DNA of 64,000 nucleotides from Phyllosticta citribraziliensis. Its lineage: Eukaryota. Location: the NCBI RefSeq assembly GCF_038025025.1, contig NW_027117338.1, positions 1,178,001 to 1,242,000 on the forward strand, given 5' to 3'. The notes beneath the pieces were generated by a model. That model searched no databases and had not been told where the DNA came from. It saw nothing but the letters and a program-made list of their open reading frames with translations. A program made the translations under genes and the position numbers. Below are positions 1 to 11,553 of the stretch, piece after piece. Positions within the stretch are counted from its first letter, which is position 1; each line of letters opens with the position of its first letter.

Positions 1-38
1 GCTTTTTGTCCCATGAAGAAATGCAACCCGTAACCCGC

Positions 39-762
39 TTAGAACTTGCTGAACTTCTTGACGGCCTTGCCGGTGCGGGGAAGCACGCGGAGGACGTTGA
101 AGCGGACCTTGATTCCAAGTCAGTAAATTTGTCTCCAATTCAGCCGAGCCGGTGTCGTTCGCCGTCGGAAGGCTTTGGGGGGTTTGAGACGAACAGTCTT
201 GCTCAGAGGCCTGCACTGGCCAACAGTGACCTGGTCACCCTCCTCGACACGGAAAGCGGGGGAGACGTGAGCAGCCAGGTTCTTGTGCCTCTTCTCGTAA
301 CGGTTGTACTTGGGAATGTAGTGGAGGTACTCGCGGCGGATGACGAGAGTGCGGTGCATCTTGGTGGAAACGACGGTGCCGGTGAGGATACGGCCGCGGA
401 TGGAGACGAGACCAGTGAAGGGGCACTTCTTGTCTGCAAAGGAAAACACGGTCAGCTTGCGATCCCGAAGCTTTGAAACCTCGCCGTCCATTGATTCTCG
501 CCGGGTGGAGCCAAGCAAATAGATATCTTGCTATTCCAACTCTTCCAAAAGTGTCCTCCAAGCTATTCCTCGCGAAGATTTCCCACGTACCGATGTAGGA
601 ACCCTCAATGGCGTTCTTGGGCGTCCTGAAGCCCAGACCAACGTCCTTGTGCCATCTCCTGCCACCCTTTCCGACGCGCTTGCCCTGGGCCTTGGAGTTG
701 ATGTTGATGTGAGGCTGCTTCTGGAAAGCGCGCTCGCTCTGGACGGTAAGCTCGGTCGCCAT
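39..762 (-). CDS. RPS11: 40S ribosomal protein S11 (uS17), 3 exons: 762-591, 433-195, 107-39; 159 aa
   Basis: Spliced translation [16 protein letters not shown]...[12 protein letters not shown]...RYEKRHKN...[15 protein letters not shown]...FSKF* is typical uS17. Introns are GTACGT...CAG and GTTCGT...AAG. Confidence 0.97.
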
Positions 763-1047
763 GGTTGCTGGGCGGGTGTTTTTCGAGTGGTGGGATCGGG
801 CGGCTGAGCGGTGTCGTCGGTGTCGTCGCAGCGGTAGACGGATTTTTCGACAAACGCCCGCCCGTGGGCGGGACTTGCCCGCTTAGTCACGACTAAGCGA
901 AGGGCCCGTGCGTTACCGCCTCCCAATTCGGAAGCAGAACAACAGTGTAAACAACAACACCCCGACCTCGTCCGATGAGTCGAGCTCCACGCCCTCGCAC
1001 ATCCTCGAGTCCCCCGGCTGGACACTGCAATCAAACCAACCTCCATC
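763..1047. promoter_or_regulatory. Bidirectional promoter region RPS11/SPC105 with two perfect short palindromes
   Basis: 285 bp between divergent ATGs. Contains CCCGCCC-gt-GGGCGGG (857-872) and CGCTTAGTC-ac-GACTAAGCG (880-899). Confidence 0.6.
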
Positions 1048-4000
1048 ATGTCTGCGGATCTCGACAAGGAGAACATCGCCGAGGGCCTCTCTGTCGGCGC
1101 GACCGCCGAGAAGTCCGCGTTATCGCCTAAGAAATCCGGGCGTAAGACGCGAAGCAAAAGCATAGGGCCTGGAGGACTTGAAGTGCCCCTTAAGGAAAAC
1201 AGCGGCAATCGCAGAAAGGTCTGCACGTTCGCGATTCTCTCCCCTTGTGCAGTCTGCTAATGTTCGCAGTCTGCGATGCCGGTTGTACCTGTAAAATCTA
1301 TTCTGTCGCGCGAAGACGAAGTCAAGAGAAGGGAAGAGCGTCGAAAGTCTCTGGGTATGAAGTTGGCTATGGAAACTACCATGCCGGTCCGCTAACTGCG
1401 CGTCTAGCAAAGCGACGCGTCTCCTTCGCACCCGAAGCGACATTGCATACCTGGGATGTTGTGGAATACATGCGCGATGCCACTTCGTCATCAGCATCAT
1501 CCAACTCTACACGCCGAGAATCGAATGCCACCCACGCACATTCTTCCCCCGAGCGCGCCAGCGCTGGTGCCGCCGATCCACCATCGACCCCCCCGGAGCA
1601 AGCGGAGGATGATCTCACAGAATCCTCACCCGAAAGACAACGCGATTTACACCAGAAAAAGCATCGGCGGAGCTCTGGCATCCCACCAATGAATTTCAAC
1701 GATCCCAATGCTGAACTGTCCTCCAGCCCGTACAGCGGAAGTTCTGCCGCGGGTAGCGATGAAGTTGAAGTGGCCTCGGACGACGATGACGACGGCAGCA
1801 CTATGATGAGTTTGGATGTTGCCGATGATAACGAACCAACTACAGCCTCTGTCGCATCCAACGACTCCACGGGATCGAGCGCTCGGTTGGACGCCGCTTT
1901 GCGAGAAGCCGCCGCGCATGCCGGGACACGGAGACTTGACTTTGACGAGGAGGAGGATGAGTCTATGGAAATGGCAGGTGATGAGATAACTGCGGCTTTC
2001 AAGCCGTGGGTGCAAAAGAAGGTCGATCACTCTGGAGATGCGCAAGCGGGTCCATTTGCATCCGCCTCGGGAGGCACAGAGTCACAGGACGAGGATGATA
2101 TGACGATGGAAATGACACGTCCAGTTGGGGGCATCCTTCAATCACGCGCGGAAGACAGTCCACTATCAAACGACGCTACGATGGAGTTTACCACTGCAAT
2201 TGGCGGGATCAAGCAACCCAGTCCCAAGACAGAATCCAGTCCACACGCAGGGAACAAGAGACGAAGGACGCTGGACATTTCGACCGATGACCAGGAGAGC
2301 CCTGCAAAAAGGCAAGGGTCTCGCAGGATGAGTATTCGGCGGCGAAAATCGATTGCCGAGGCCAGTCCTCTAGAGGACCAGACTATGGACTTTACTGTTG
2401 CCGTTGGAGGTATCCAGTCAAATCCTTCTGCAGAGCAGCCATCTCGGCGTGAAAGCCCGGAAATTTCTTTCTTTGAAGACGCCATGGACATGACCGTGGC
2501 GCAAGGGAAGATTCTGAACACCCCTGAGAAGCGAACTCCACTGGATGACACCGTCACAAGCAAAGATGGAAACGAAGACCTGTCCATGGAATTCACTCAC
2601 ATCCTGGGTGGCATCAAATACCCGGAAATCAAGCTCCCTGAGGAAGAAGCAGTGCCGGCTACGCCTGAGTCAAAGCAGACTGCTGTGGCAACTCCACCGA
2701 GCAAGAGAGGAAGCGCCGCAAGATTTACTAACAACCATCCCGAAATTCCAAGTCCATCTCCCATGAAAGTCAGCGACTCTGTGATTGCCAATGTGGAGGA
2801 GATCCCTGTCACCAAACTCAACATCAAAAAGCAACCATCCCCGAGAAAGTCTCCTCGAAGGTCTCCGCGCAAGAGCATCGCCAATCCAGAACCCTTCAGC
2901 AACCAATCGCCCTCCTTGAACACTCCAACGAACGAAGAAGACGCAAGCCCTTCTGCTTATGAAAGCAACGACCAAGTCTCTATCAAAACTCCACCGAAAG
3001 AACAGTCACCGACGCGTACGCCTACGACAAGTACGCCTGCCCAGAGCCAAGCAGAGACTCCAGAGCAAGTCAAGGAAAATTCGCCAAAGAAGCAGATGGC
3101 TCTGGCAGACTCGATCAAGCTCTTGTCCACACCTCGCAAGCAGATTTTTGCATCACCTGTCAAACGTGCACCCCCTGCATCTAAACAGTCAACACCGAAA
3201 GCGAGTACGCCGAAGAAGACAACGCCCAAAAAGTCCTCGTGGGGAAAGACTTCGACACCGCAAACACGCCCGAGCCCTCTCAAGCAAGTCCAATTTAACT
3301 CGACAAGCCCAAAAAAAGAAGCGATTGAAGAAGACTCGAAGATGGACGTTGAAGACGACTCGGCAGAGCGTATCTCTTTGCGAGAATTTTTAGAGCTTAC
3401 CAACATTCGTTTCATGGACCTCACCACCACCAAACGGCGGCACACGGGCTTCCCTGGGGCTGTCAACGGCATGGGCATAAGCATCGCCTCGAGCGTTGCC
3501 GAGATGGAGGGTAAGACCGACATGGAAACCAATGTTGTAGCTGCCGCATCCGTTGAACCAGAATATGGGATGTATCACTATGCCTGTCACGCTCTCAAAA
3601 ACTACATTTCCGAAGGCAAAAACCTCGTCCGCCAGATCGAGGAAAATACTAGCAAAGAGACACCCGCGCTTTTCCGCGAGTACCTGTCGGCGCCGCCGGA
3701 CCAACGCTACATCATGGAAAGCCAATTCAAAAACATGAAGACAAACGCGCGCCTGAAGACGAAGGAAGTTTGGTACGGATGGAGAAGCAACTTGCTACGC
3801 GAGCTGAGCGAGGGTCTGTCGAAGACATCCGAGAGATTTGACGCAGACGACAAGGTCCTGAAGGAGCAAGAAGAAACTTTGGACTCTGTCTTGCCTGAGC
3901 TTAATCAAAAGCACGGCCAGATGGAGTCAGAATGCAAGAATTTGCAGCGTCGAGTTGAAGAGCTAAATGGGCCGGACCGCGAAGAACTCGACTCCACCCG

Positions 4001-4874
4001 CGCTCGCCTTGTTGCCACGGAAGAATCAATTGGGGAGAAAAAACGTTCGGTGGAGGCTTTGCAAAAGGAACTGGCCGAGAAGGAATCCTCTATTGAGGTG
4101 GACAAGACTCGCAAGGTCGAGATCGCTGAGGAGATCAAGACCGCTGAGCGCATCAGGGAAGAATGTCGCGGTTGGTCAGTTGGTGAAGTTGACGCGCTCA
4201 AATTGCGTGTCTCAGCCCTCGAGGCCCAGACTGGATGGTCAATCACATCGGCAAGTGTCGATCCAGCCACTTTGACTATGGCCTACCGGAACGACCTCCA
4301 GCTTTTCTTTTACCCGGGCTCCTTTGCACCTCACGCTCGGGCAGACGCGCCCAACTCTACCATCAGCTTGTCTTATGTTGGGGAGAACAAGTCCAACAAC
4401 CCATCTCCTCTGACTACTACCAAGCGTTTCTTCCTGCAAATCCTGAGGGCAAACTTGCACTGTCTTCCACAGAGCACGACTTCCATCACCCAAATGCTGA
4501 CGCACATTCGCAATGGCTGGGACGTCGCGCTCGCCGTGGCGGAAAACGTGCGCAGGCTCAACCTTTGCCACATCACAGAGGAGTCTATCCTGTCAGACGA
4601 ACGCATGGCGACGACTGCGCACATGCTGCTGCCAACGCTTCAGACGAAAGTCAAGTGCACTTTCGAGGTTAGCGTCACGGCCGAAGGTGATGAACTCAAA
4701 ACAAGCGTAGCGACGAGCACCAAGGTTGTCTATGGCGAACAATACAAGGAAGGCAAGATGGGAGAGTTCCTGGGCTCGTTTGTTGGTGGCGAGATACAGT
4801 CAGGAGGAGACGCGAACTGGAGTGAGGCTGTCAACGACCTCAAGGCCAGACTCATTGCCAAAGGACGGAAGTGA
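1048..4874 (+). CDS. SPC105: Kinetochore scaffold Spc105/Spc7 (KNL1), exons 1048-1218, 1270-1354, 1408-4874; ~1240 aa
   Basis: KSILS and RRVSF PP1-docking motifs near the N-terminus, MELT-like repeats (MEMT, MEFT, MDFT, MDMT), ISLREFLELTNIRFMD Spc7 domain start, then a coiled coil. Confidence 0.93.
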
Positions 4875-5390
4875 TGGGGGGATTCCTGGCTTTCTTGCTT
4901 TTATTTTCTCCCATTGGAATTCGGAGTTAACAGTCTGTATCGAAGTCTCGGGAGGCGTTTTCGGGGGTCGGATGGACTAGCGGGTACCTCATCGGCATAT
5001 TTCATGGAGAAATTCAGACTATTCAATCGGTTTCAGTGAACGACTTGACGAAACATTTTCCTAGCAACCTTTCATTTTGACTTTGTCTGTAGACATCATC
5101 AAACAGAACTTACACATTGAATCTTCTTCATAAGAGCCGCAATCGTCGGCCCCGAGGTCTAGAACTGCAGCCTGTTTCTGTCTGCTCTCTACGACATCAT
5201 ACAGTAACATTCCGATCTAGGTCCAGATAATCAAGCCTTGTGGAAAAAGAAAAGGCTCAGCCTCCTGAAAATCGGATGCCAGGAAGCTGATTGGTGTCGG
5301 AGATGCACCCTTTCGCAGCATGGCAGTATAAATCATGATGACATTACTTCACCCAATCTCTCCGCCACAAAATTACCGCCATCAATCCTC

Positions 5391-6141
5391 CTACACCATG
5401 TCCTTCGTCTTCTCATTTGCCACCTCCTCGTCCACTCGCGATTCGGCGTGCTTGACCGACGCCATTCGGCGAATGAACCCCCGCACGCCACCACTCCCAC
5501 TGCTACTTCTCCTGTTGTCCTCTTCCTCGCCCGTCGACGCAATCCCCGCTTCGATGTCCTTCTCCGACAGGTATAGCGACGTTCTCGTGCTGTCGGGCAG
5601 AGGCACGGAGCTGGGCGGCGCCGTGCCTGCAGATGGGTAGACCGGCGGAAAGGACGTGGCGCTGGCTGGCGAGACGGGAGATACGGGGGAGGCGGCATCG
5701 GGCGAGACGAGGTGGGTAGAGCGGCTGCGGCGTGCGGCTTGTATGTACATGGGCGTGGGGACGGGCACTCTGGGCACGCCGGCCATTTCTGGGGGTGGGG
5801 GCGGTGACGAAGCATTCTGCGGATAGCACTGCTGTTGCTGCTGCTCCTGTGGGGATATGGCCGCTGCTTCTGGAGCCAGCGGTGTTGGTAGCGGCGGGCC
5901 GATTGGCTGTGGTTCAGGCTCTGGGAGAGCTTTCTGCAAGTGACGTCAATTATGGCGAGCTTTGCGGCGCAAAGCTTTCCCACACTACTCCACGCCCGGC
6001 TTCCTCTCAATCGGGTATACTGACCGCTTGCGAGCGTTCGACGCGTTTCCGCCAGAAATGCAGGCCGAGGACTCCTGAGATGACAGCAGCCACTAGGACT
6101 ATTCCGACAATGGCGGCCGAGGTGACGGTGGTAGTGCTCAT
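5391..6141 (-). CDS. Hypothetical single-pass membrane protein with Pro/Ser-rich tail, exons 6141-6025 and 5933-5391; 219 aa
   Basis: Exon 1 MSTTTVTSAAIVGIVLVAAVISGVLGLHFWRKRVERSQA (TM helix plus basic stop-transfer) joins through a phase-0 GTCAGT...TTGCAG intron to the Pro-rich ORF KALPEPEPQPIG.... Confidence 0.65.
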
Positions 6142-7762
6142 CGTTGGAGCAGTGGTGGTTTGGGGAGAGCAGAAGGTATGTACAGGATATGGCCGAATGC
6201 CGAAGGGAAGAGCAGTATTTGGCAGACTGTCCTTAGTTCTGCGTACGAACTGATGCGTGTTTACGCAATGATGTCGGTGGCAATACTAGGCGTGCGCTGG
6301 TGGAGCCTTAAGATGTTCATTCTGTACTACTCCTTTAGAAAAAACTCGCGCAGCAAATGGAGACGTGCGCGTTCATGGTGTGGGGGGTGGTGATGGGAGC
6401 GGGGGGGAACGAGACGCAAACGACCTCAATATCATTATCAGTGTGGAGGTGCTGGCAAAGGGCCTTAAACAAAGAAATGGACTCGAGTATGGAGGCAAGC
6501 AAGAATTGTTGGTTAGGCCTTACCGGCTTTGTTTTCGTCGCTTCCGCCTAGGTGTCCCCGGCGCACGTCGCCGGTTGCCCTGCAAGCCGTAAATAAGGTA
6601 TTAATGCGGATGAGCCAGATCACCAGAGACCCCAGCGTCACGTCAAAGTCCCTGCCTGAAGTAGTTAGCGGCCTGGGCTAAGCCTTGAAACCGTTGAAGG
6701 GAAGAGCGGCTGGATGGTCAGATGGTTCAATTGCAACACCACTAACCTGTGGCACTTGATACAAGGTCATATTTGAGCTCCGCCAGAGGGTCGCTCGGTT
6801 CCGCCGAAAGCACAGGTACGAAGGAGTCGAGGGGAAATAGCTACGTATTCATAGTCACCGTGCGGGCAAAGATCGGAGAAAAAATTACTGTAACCGACGC
6901 TGTCGCAGCTCCACGTCCGGAGGTCGTAGGAAGCCAGTGCGCGTCGATCAGGGTGTTGATTACTTTGATTCTGGACTCGGTTTACCGGACGTGCGTCCTC
7001 GGTCTCCGGAAAGAGCGGGCTGGCGGTCAAAGGTCAAGTGAGATGAAATGCGTTGTGGCTGAAAGCCTCATGCTTGGCAACATCGTGAGACTTGCTGCCC
7101 TGCGAGTAGCTGGAGGGAAGGCCGGGTAAATCCAGTCGATAAATCAAGAGAAGGCATCGTTGGTTGCATGCAAGCTGACACGAAGTAAGCTCGGCGTCTT
7201 TTGTGCAGTTTTCTTTGTCAGAGACCTTTGGGAGAAGCAACAAAACACCGCGAACGGCCCTCGGACCGAAAAACGAAGAAGAACATCAGTAAAGTACCAT
7301 ATTTCGACGTGGGTTATTGGGCACGACCAGGCGCATTTCTGAGAGGCGCTCGAGGCTACGAAGCATGCTGACGTCGTCGCGCAGGCGATTCGGCGCGGGT
7401 CGGTTTTATACGCGCGTGATCATCGACTTCCGGGCCTTTCTCCTTGCAGAACCGCGCTCTTCCTCCTCACGGGCCGCATCCAAACGTCGGGACAAAGTCC
7501 ACGTGCAGAATCGACACACTCTGTTGCCAGTTGCTGCCGATCAGACTGTGGGGTACTGCGTTGTCTCAGGGGGCTTGCGTAGCTGGGTGGTTGTGCAGGT
7601 ACTAGCCAAGACCGTTGGAGCTGGGCATAAGCACAGCTGTAGAGACACGGCCCATTCGGCTGGAGAGGTACTGATACCTAAGACAGCGCGCGTACGTACA
7701 AAAAACACAAAGCGAATCCATTGGTCGTTGTTCATTGATGGTGCGCTGACGACGTGCCCGCC

Positions 7763-9346
7763 TCACTTGGAGCCAGCGGACAGTGTGTCTTGGCCAATGG
7801 GCTTGTGTAGCGGTTTGGATAGGCCTTCCTCGACTTCTTCGTCTTCCCAGTAGGCTTCTTCATCTTCTTCCGAGGCTGACCTGCCTGTCACACTTCTCCA
7901 CACCCGTTCCCACAAGCCCTTCTTGTGCGCCATGGCCAGAACCAAGACGATGGGCAGGTGCCACACACTCGCCCAGAACAAACCTCTTGCTGTCCCTTTC
8001 TGTCCCTCATACCACCAGAACCGTGTTGCCTGATATGTCATCCAGCCGTTGATGAAGGAACTGGTGACAGCAAATCCCCAGTCGGTGACGCCAGTGTATG
8101 CAAGGCCGAAGCAGATGGGGAACATCAGAAACGAGTATCTGAGCGCAACTCGTCCATTCATGCGCGGATTGGTCCACGCAAGCATGCGATACCCAGCATT
8201 CTTGTATTCTTCCCTGATGGTCCAGCTAAGGGCATTGAAGTGTGGAAATTGCCAGGCGAATAGTAGTCCGCCCATTAGCCAACCTCCAATGCTGTTAGAG
8301 CCAAATAGAAGATCTTGCCATGTTCCTCCGCCGGTCGCGCACTGCCCTGCCGCGGCCGTCCAGCCCATGAGGGGTGGAATACCGCCAACAATGGCGCCAA
8401 CCCAGGTGTTGATGACCGATACTCGCTTCATGGGCGTGTAGCATCCGGCATAGATGAAAATGTTGAGAGCGCCGAGGAAAGCAGTGGTGGGGTTGACGCC
8501 GTAGTAGAGGGCCACGACGCCAGTGCATCCAGTCGCAATGGCGAACAAGAGTGCGCCCTGCTTGTTGATCAGGCCTCGAACAATCGGTCGGTTACGAGTG
8601 CGGCTCATTTTGGCATCGTGCGCAGGTTCGAAGAGCATGTTGAAGGCATTGGCCGAAGCTGAAGCAAGAGCGGTACCGGTCGACAGGAACAGCAGCGTGA
8701 GGGTGGACAGGGACGGCGTGTCGGTCACGGATGGGGCCAGGAGTGTTGGCACCGGGTATATCGCGTATGTGGCGGCCGTGGTCAGAACGATGAGGAACGA
8801 CAATTGGGGTTTAGACAGGGCGAGGTAGGTGAAGAAGCGCCGGCGCAGCGACTCGGTTGGTAGAGCTTGAGCAGTGTTTGACAGTCGGGCAGACGCATCA
8901 GGGCGGATGTCTGTCTCTGAAGCGGCTTGCTTCTTCGCCTCTTCCCTGAGACGTTGCCTTCGTCGATGGGGCAGTTCGTTCGCGATTTCGTTTCCCGCCG
9001 TCGCCGTGCTCTCCAAAGCTTGGGCAATCTTTGGTTGCTGGTGTAGCGTCGGAGGCGCAGGGCCTTGATTGCCTCGTGCCTGGGCAGCCACAGCATGGCT
9101 CCATACTCCTCTTCTTGCGCCCGAGATCGCTTCTTCTAAAATGCCATTGGCCCAAAAGTATTCCTTCTTGAATGCGGCTCGGGTGGATCGGGACGAGACG
9201 GCGGCGTCCTTTGCAGGAGTGGTAGTCGACAGCAGGCGGCGTCCTGGCGGCGGTCCGGAACGAGATATCTTGCGCAGGCAGCGAAGACAGACGGAGCCGG
9301 TATCCTGCAAAGGCGATGCCCGCAGCAGGGGTGGTCGGAGTATCAT
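7763..9346 (-). CDS. COX10: Protoheme IX farnesyltransferase (heme O synthase), mitochondrial; 527 aa from MILRPP
   Basis: UbiA-family motifs YLALSKPQLSFL, ANAFNMLFEPAHDAKMSRTRNRP, YTPMKR and WQFPHFNALSW, with an Arg-rich presequence. The frame stays open upstream, with an ATG at 9565. Confidence 0.95.
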   Translation of the reverse strand: MILRPPLLRASPLQDTGSVCLRCLRKISRSGPPPGRRLLSTTTPAKDAAVSSRSTRAAFKKEYFWANGILEEAISGARRGVWSHAVAAQARGNQGPAPPTLHQQPKIAQALESTATAGNEIANELPHRRRQRLREEAKKQAASETDIRPDASARLSNTAQALPTESLRRRFFTYLALSKPQLSFLIVLTTAATYAIYPVPTLLAPSVTDTPSLSTLTLLFLSTGTALASASANAFNMLFEPAHDAKMSRTRNRPIVRGLINKQGALLFAIATGCTGVVALYYGVNPTTAFLGALNIFIYAGCYTPMKRVSVINTWVGAIVGGIPPLMGWTAAAGQCATGGGTWQDLLFGSNSIGGWLMGGLLFAWQFPHFNALSWTIREEYKNAGYRMLAWTNPRMNGRVALRYSFLMFPICFGLAYTGVTDWGFAVTSSFINGWMTYQATRFWWYEGQKGTARGLFWASVWHLPIVLVLAMAHKKGLWERVWRSVTGRSASEEDEEAYWEDEEVEEGLSKPLHKPIGQDTLSAGSK

Positions 9347-9574
9347 GTCTTGCGAGGTCTCATTGCGTCGTGGGATAACTTCGCGACTGGTGATGGAGCT
9401 GGGCCGATGTGTTTTACGGCGCGGGACAAACGCCGCAACTGCAAAGAATTGTCGCCCAAGCCACTCGACTGCACCGCCACATCGGCGAGCCACCACAAAC
9501 GTGCCACGATTTATAATGCCTCGTTCCTCAACCTCAGCATCCCTTAATGTACATTTCCACCCCATCTCCTCACC

Positions 9575-11076
9575 TCACAGGTACGGCTCGCTAGCCTTGA
9601 TGATGGCCTCCTTGAGCAGTTGAACCAACTTCACCAATTCCTCCTCGGTGACGATGTACGGCGGCGCAATCATCACATGTTCCACATCAATTGGACCGCA
9701 TTTGCCAAGATTCCCCAAGAGGTTGAGACCTCTGTCTAGAGACGCGCTGAGGACCTTTCCTGTAAAGTTGTCCTTGACCGGGAAGGGCTTCTTGGTCTTC
9801 TTGTCCAGAATGAACTCTGCACCCCAGTACAGGCCACGTCCACGAACATCGCCCACCAACGGAAGAGGAAGAATCTCGGTCTGCATCAGCTTTTCTAGTA
9901 CGGCTCCCATCCGCCGGCAGTTTTCGACAAGATTTTCTCGTTTGATGATATTCTGGACTTCAATGGCTGCGGCGCAGGCCGTCGGGTGAGCCTGGGGAGA
10001 AATTTCAGTCACAATCGCATCGAGCCCAAAGCCGGTTTGCGTCTTCTTACCTGGAAAGTATGACCGTGGAAAAGCGACTTGCTACCTTTGGCCAGTGCAT
10101 CAAAGACCTTTTCGTGTACCAACACAGCAGACAGGGGAACAAAACCACCTCCCAACGTTTTGCCGATAGTTTGCAAATCTGGTCCTCGGAAACCCTCCTC
10201 TTGTTCCCACGCGTGCATGGTGCCGGTCTTACCCATGCCGCATATTATTTCGTCGAGCATCAGGAGAGCCCCGTACTTGTCACAAAGCTCCCGAACAGCT
10301 TTGAAGTAACCAGGCAATGCGGGAACGCATCCAAGAGTAGTCCCAGGGATGGTTTCAGCAATGAAGGCAGAGACTGTGTCTGGCCCCAATCTCTGAAATT
10401 CAGCGTCGAGCTGGGCCACGAGGTGATTCAGGTATTGTTCGTCAGTCCAGCCTTCTGGCTTGGCTCGGTAAGAATAGCATGGGTCAACAAAAGAGACATT
10501 GGTGCTCATCCAGTCCGAATACATTTCCCGCCTCGATTGGTGTCCGGATACGCAGAGAGCGCCAATGGTGTTTCCGTGATAACTCTGCATTCTTCCAATG
10601 ACATTCTTTCGCTGTGGCTGACCCTTTTCTTTCCAGTATTGAGTTACCAGCTTCACGGCGCCATCAGTTGCTTCACTTCCAGATCCGAAAAACATGGCCT
10701 TGGACAAACCGCCTGGTCTGTCACGCAGGAGCATGCTTGCAAGCTCTTCTGCTGGTTTCGAGGTGTATCCAACGCTGTACACGTATCCAATGCTGTTGAT
10801 CTGGTCCGCGACAGCTTGGGCTACCTCGGGCCTATGGTGACCCAGACAAGACACTGCAGGGCCACTGGAAGCATCAATCATGGTCCTGCCATCGGAAAGG
10901 GTGAAGGAGATGCCAGAACCAGAAACGATCTCGACAGGTCGGTGATTGAGAGCCCTGTGAAGGATGTGGCTGTTTGCGACGTAGTCATCAATTGCCAGAG
11001 TAGAAGAACGTCTTGGCCTGTCACCAAGGCGGTGCAGCGGGCGGAAACGAAATGTACGAAGAGATCGAGATATCAT
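9575..11076 (-). CDS. PLP-dependent class-III aminotransferase with predicted mitochondrial presequence, exons 11076-10051 and 9991-9575; 480 aa
   Basis: Motifs DASSGPAVSCLGH, SGSEA, SYHGNT, LDEIICGMGKTG, IGKTLGGG (PLP Lys), HGHTFQ|AHP and VGDVRGRGL. Intron is GTAAGA...CAG. Confidence 0.92.
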
Positions 11077-11553
11077 TTTGAAAAGTTCGCCGAACGACGC
11101 GAGAGAGAATCCGGGGCGAAGACAGGCAAGGCAGTTCGACTCAGGAGTAACTACAACAGCTCGAGACGCTAAATAGCGGCCCCATGTATTCCCCCATCTT
11201 TAGACTCGAGCCCTGAGGGTCATGGTGGAGGTTGGTGTGCGGAGACGGAGAGACAGCGAATCACAGGCCAAGGAAGTGCCGGCTTATCATGCTTAGTCAC
11301 GGTATGAGCCGGGGCAAAATGGCTTGACGGGGCTGGCGACCGCTCCGCAACTTCAGCTCTCCGCCCTTGACGCCCACCAAGATCTTCCTTTTCAAACGAG
11401 CAGATTATCCCTTGACCGCGTGTTTTTGTTCTCTCATTGGCACCCTGGATCCTGCCAACGCCCCTGGCGAAACGCTGTGTACCCACAGAGCGGTGTTGAT
11501 TCACGCGGGACCCCGCGGCTAGCTGGCCGCGCCCAGTATGTAAAGGGAAGAAT

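Noticed and set aside
434..590. Longer RP-gene introns (RPS11 intron 1, RPS2 intron 1) as snoRNA hosts
   Set aside because: No box C (RTGATGA)/box D pair or H/ACA architecture visible.
9575..11076. Idea that the class-III enzyme beside COX10 is a glutamate-semialdehyde aminomutase, forming a heme cluster
   Set aside because: The motifs fit generic omega-aminotransferases rather than HemL, and fungi make ALA with ALA synthase.
10060..11172. 370-aa plus-strand ORF antisense to the aminotransferase (likewise 60753-61844, 32400-33452, 30236-31000 and other long antisense ORFs)
   Set aside because: Shadow ORFs of real genes in GC-rich DNA, with no recognisable motifs or coding-like composition.
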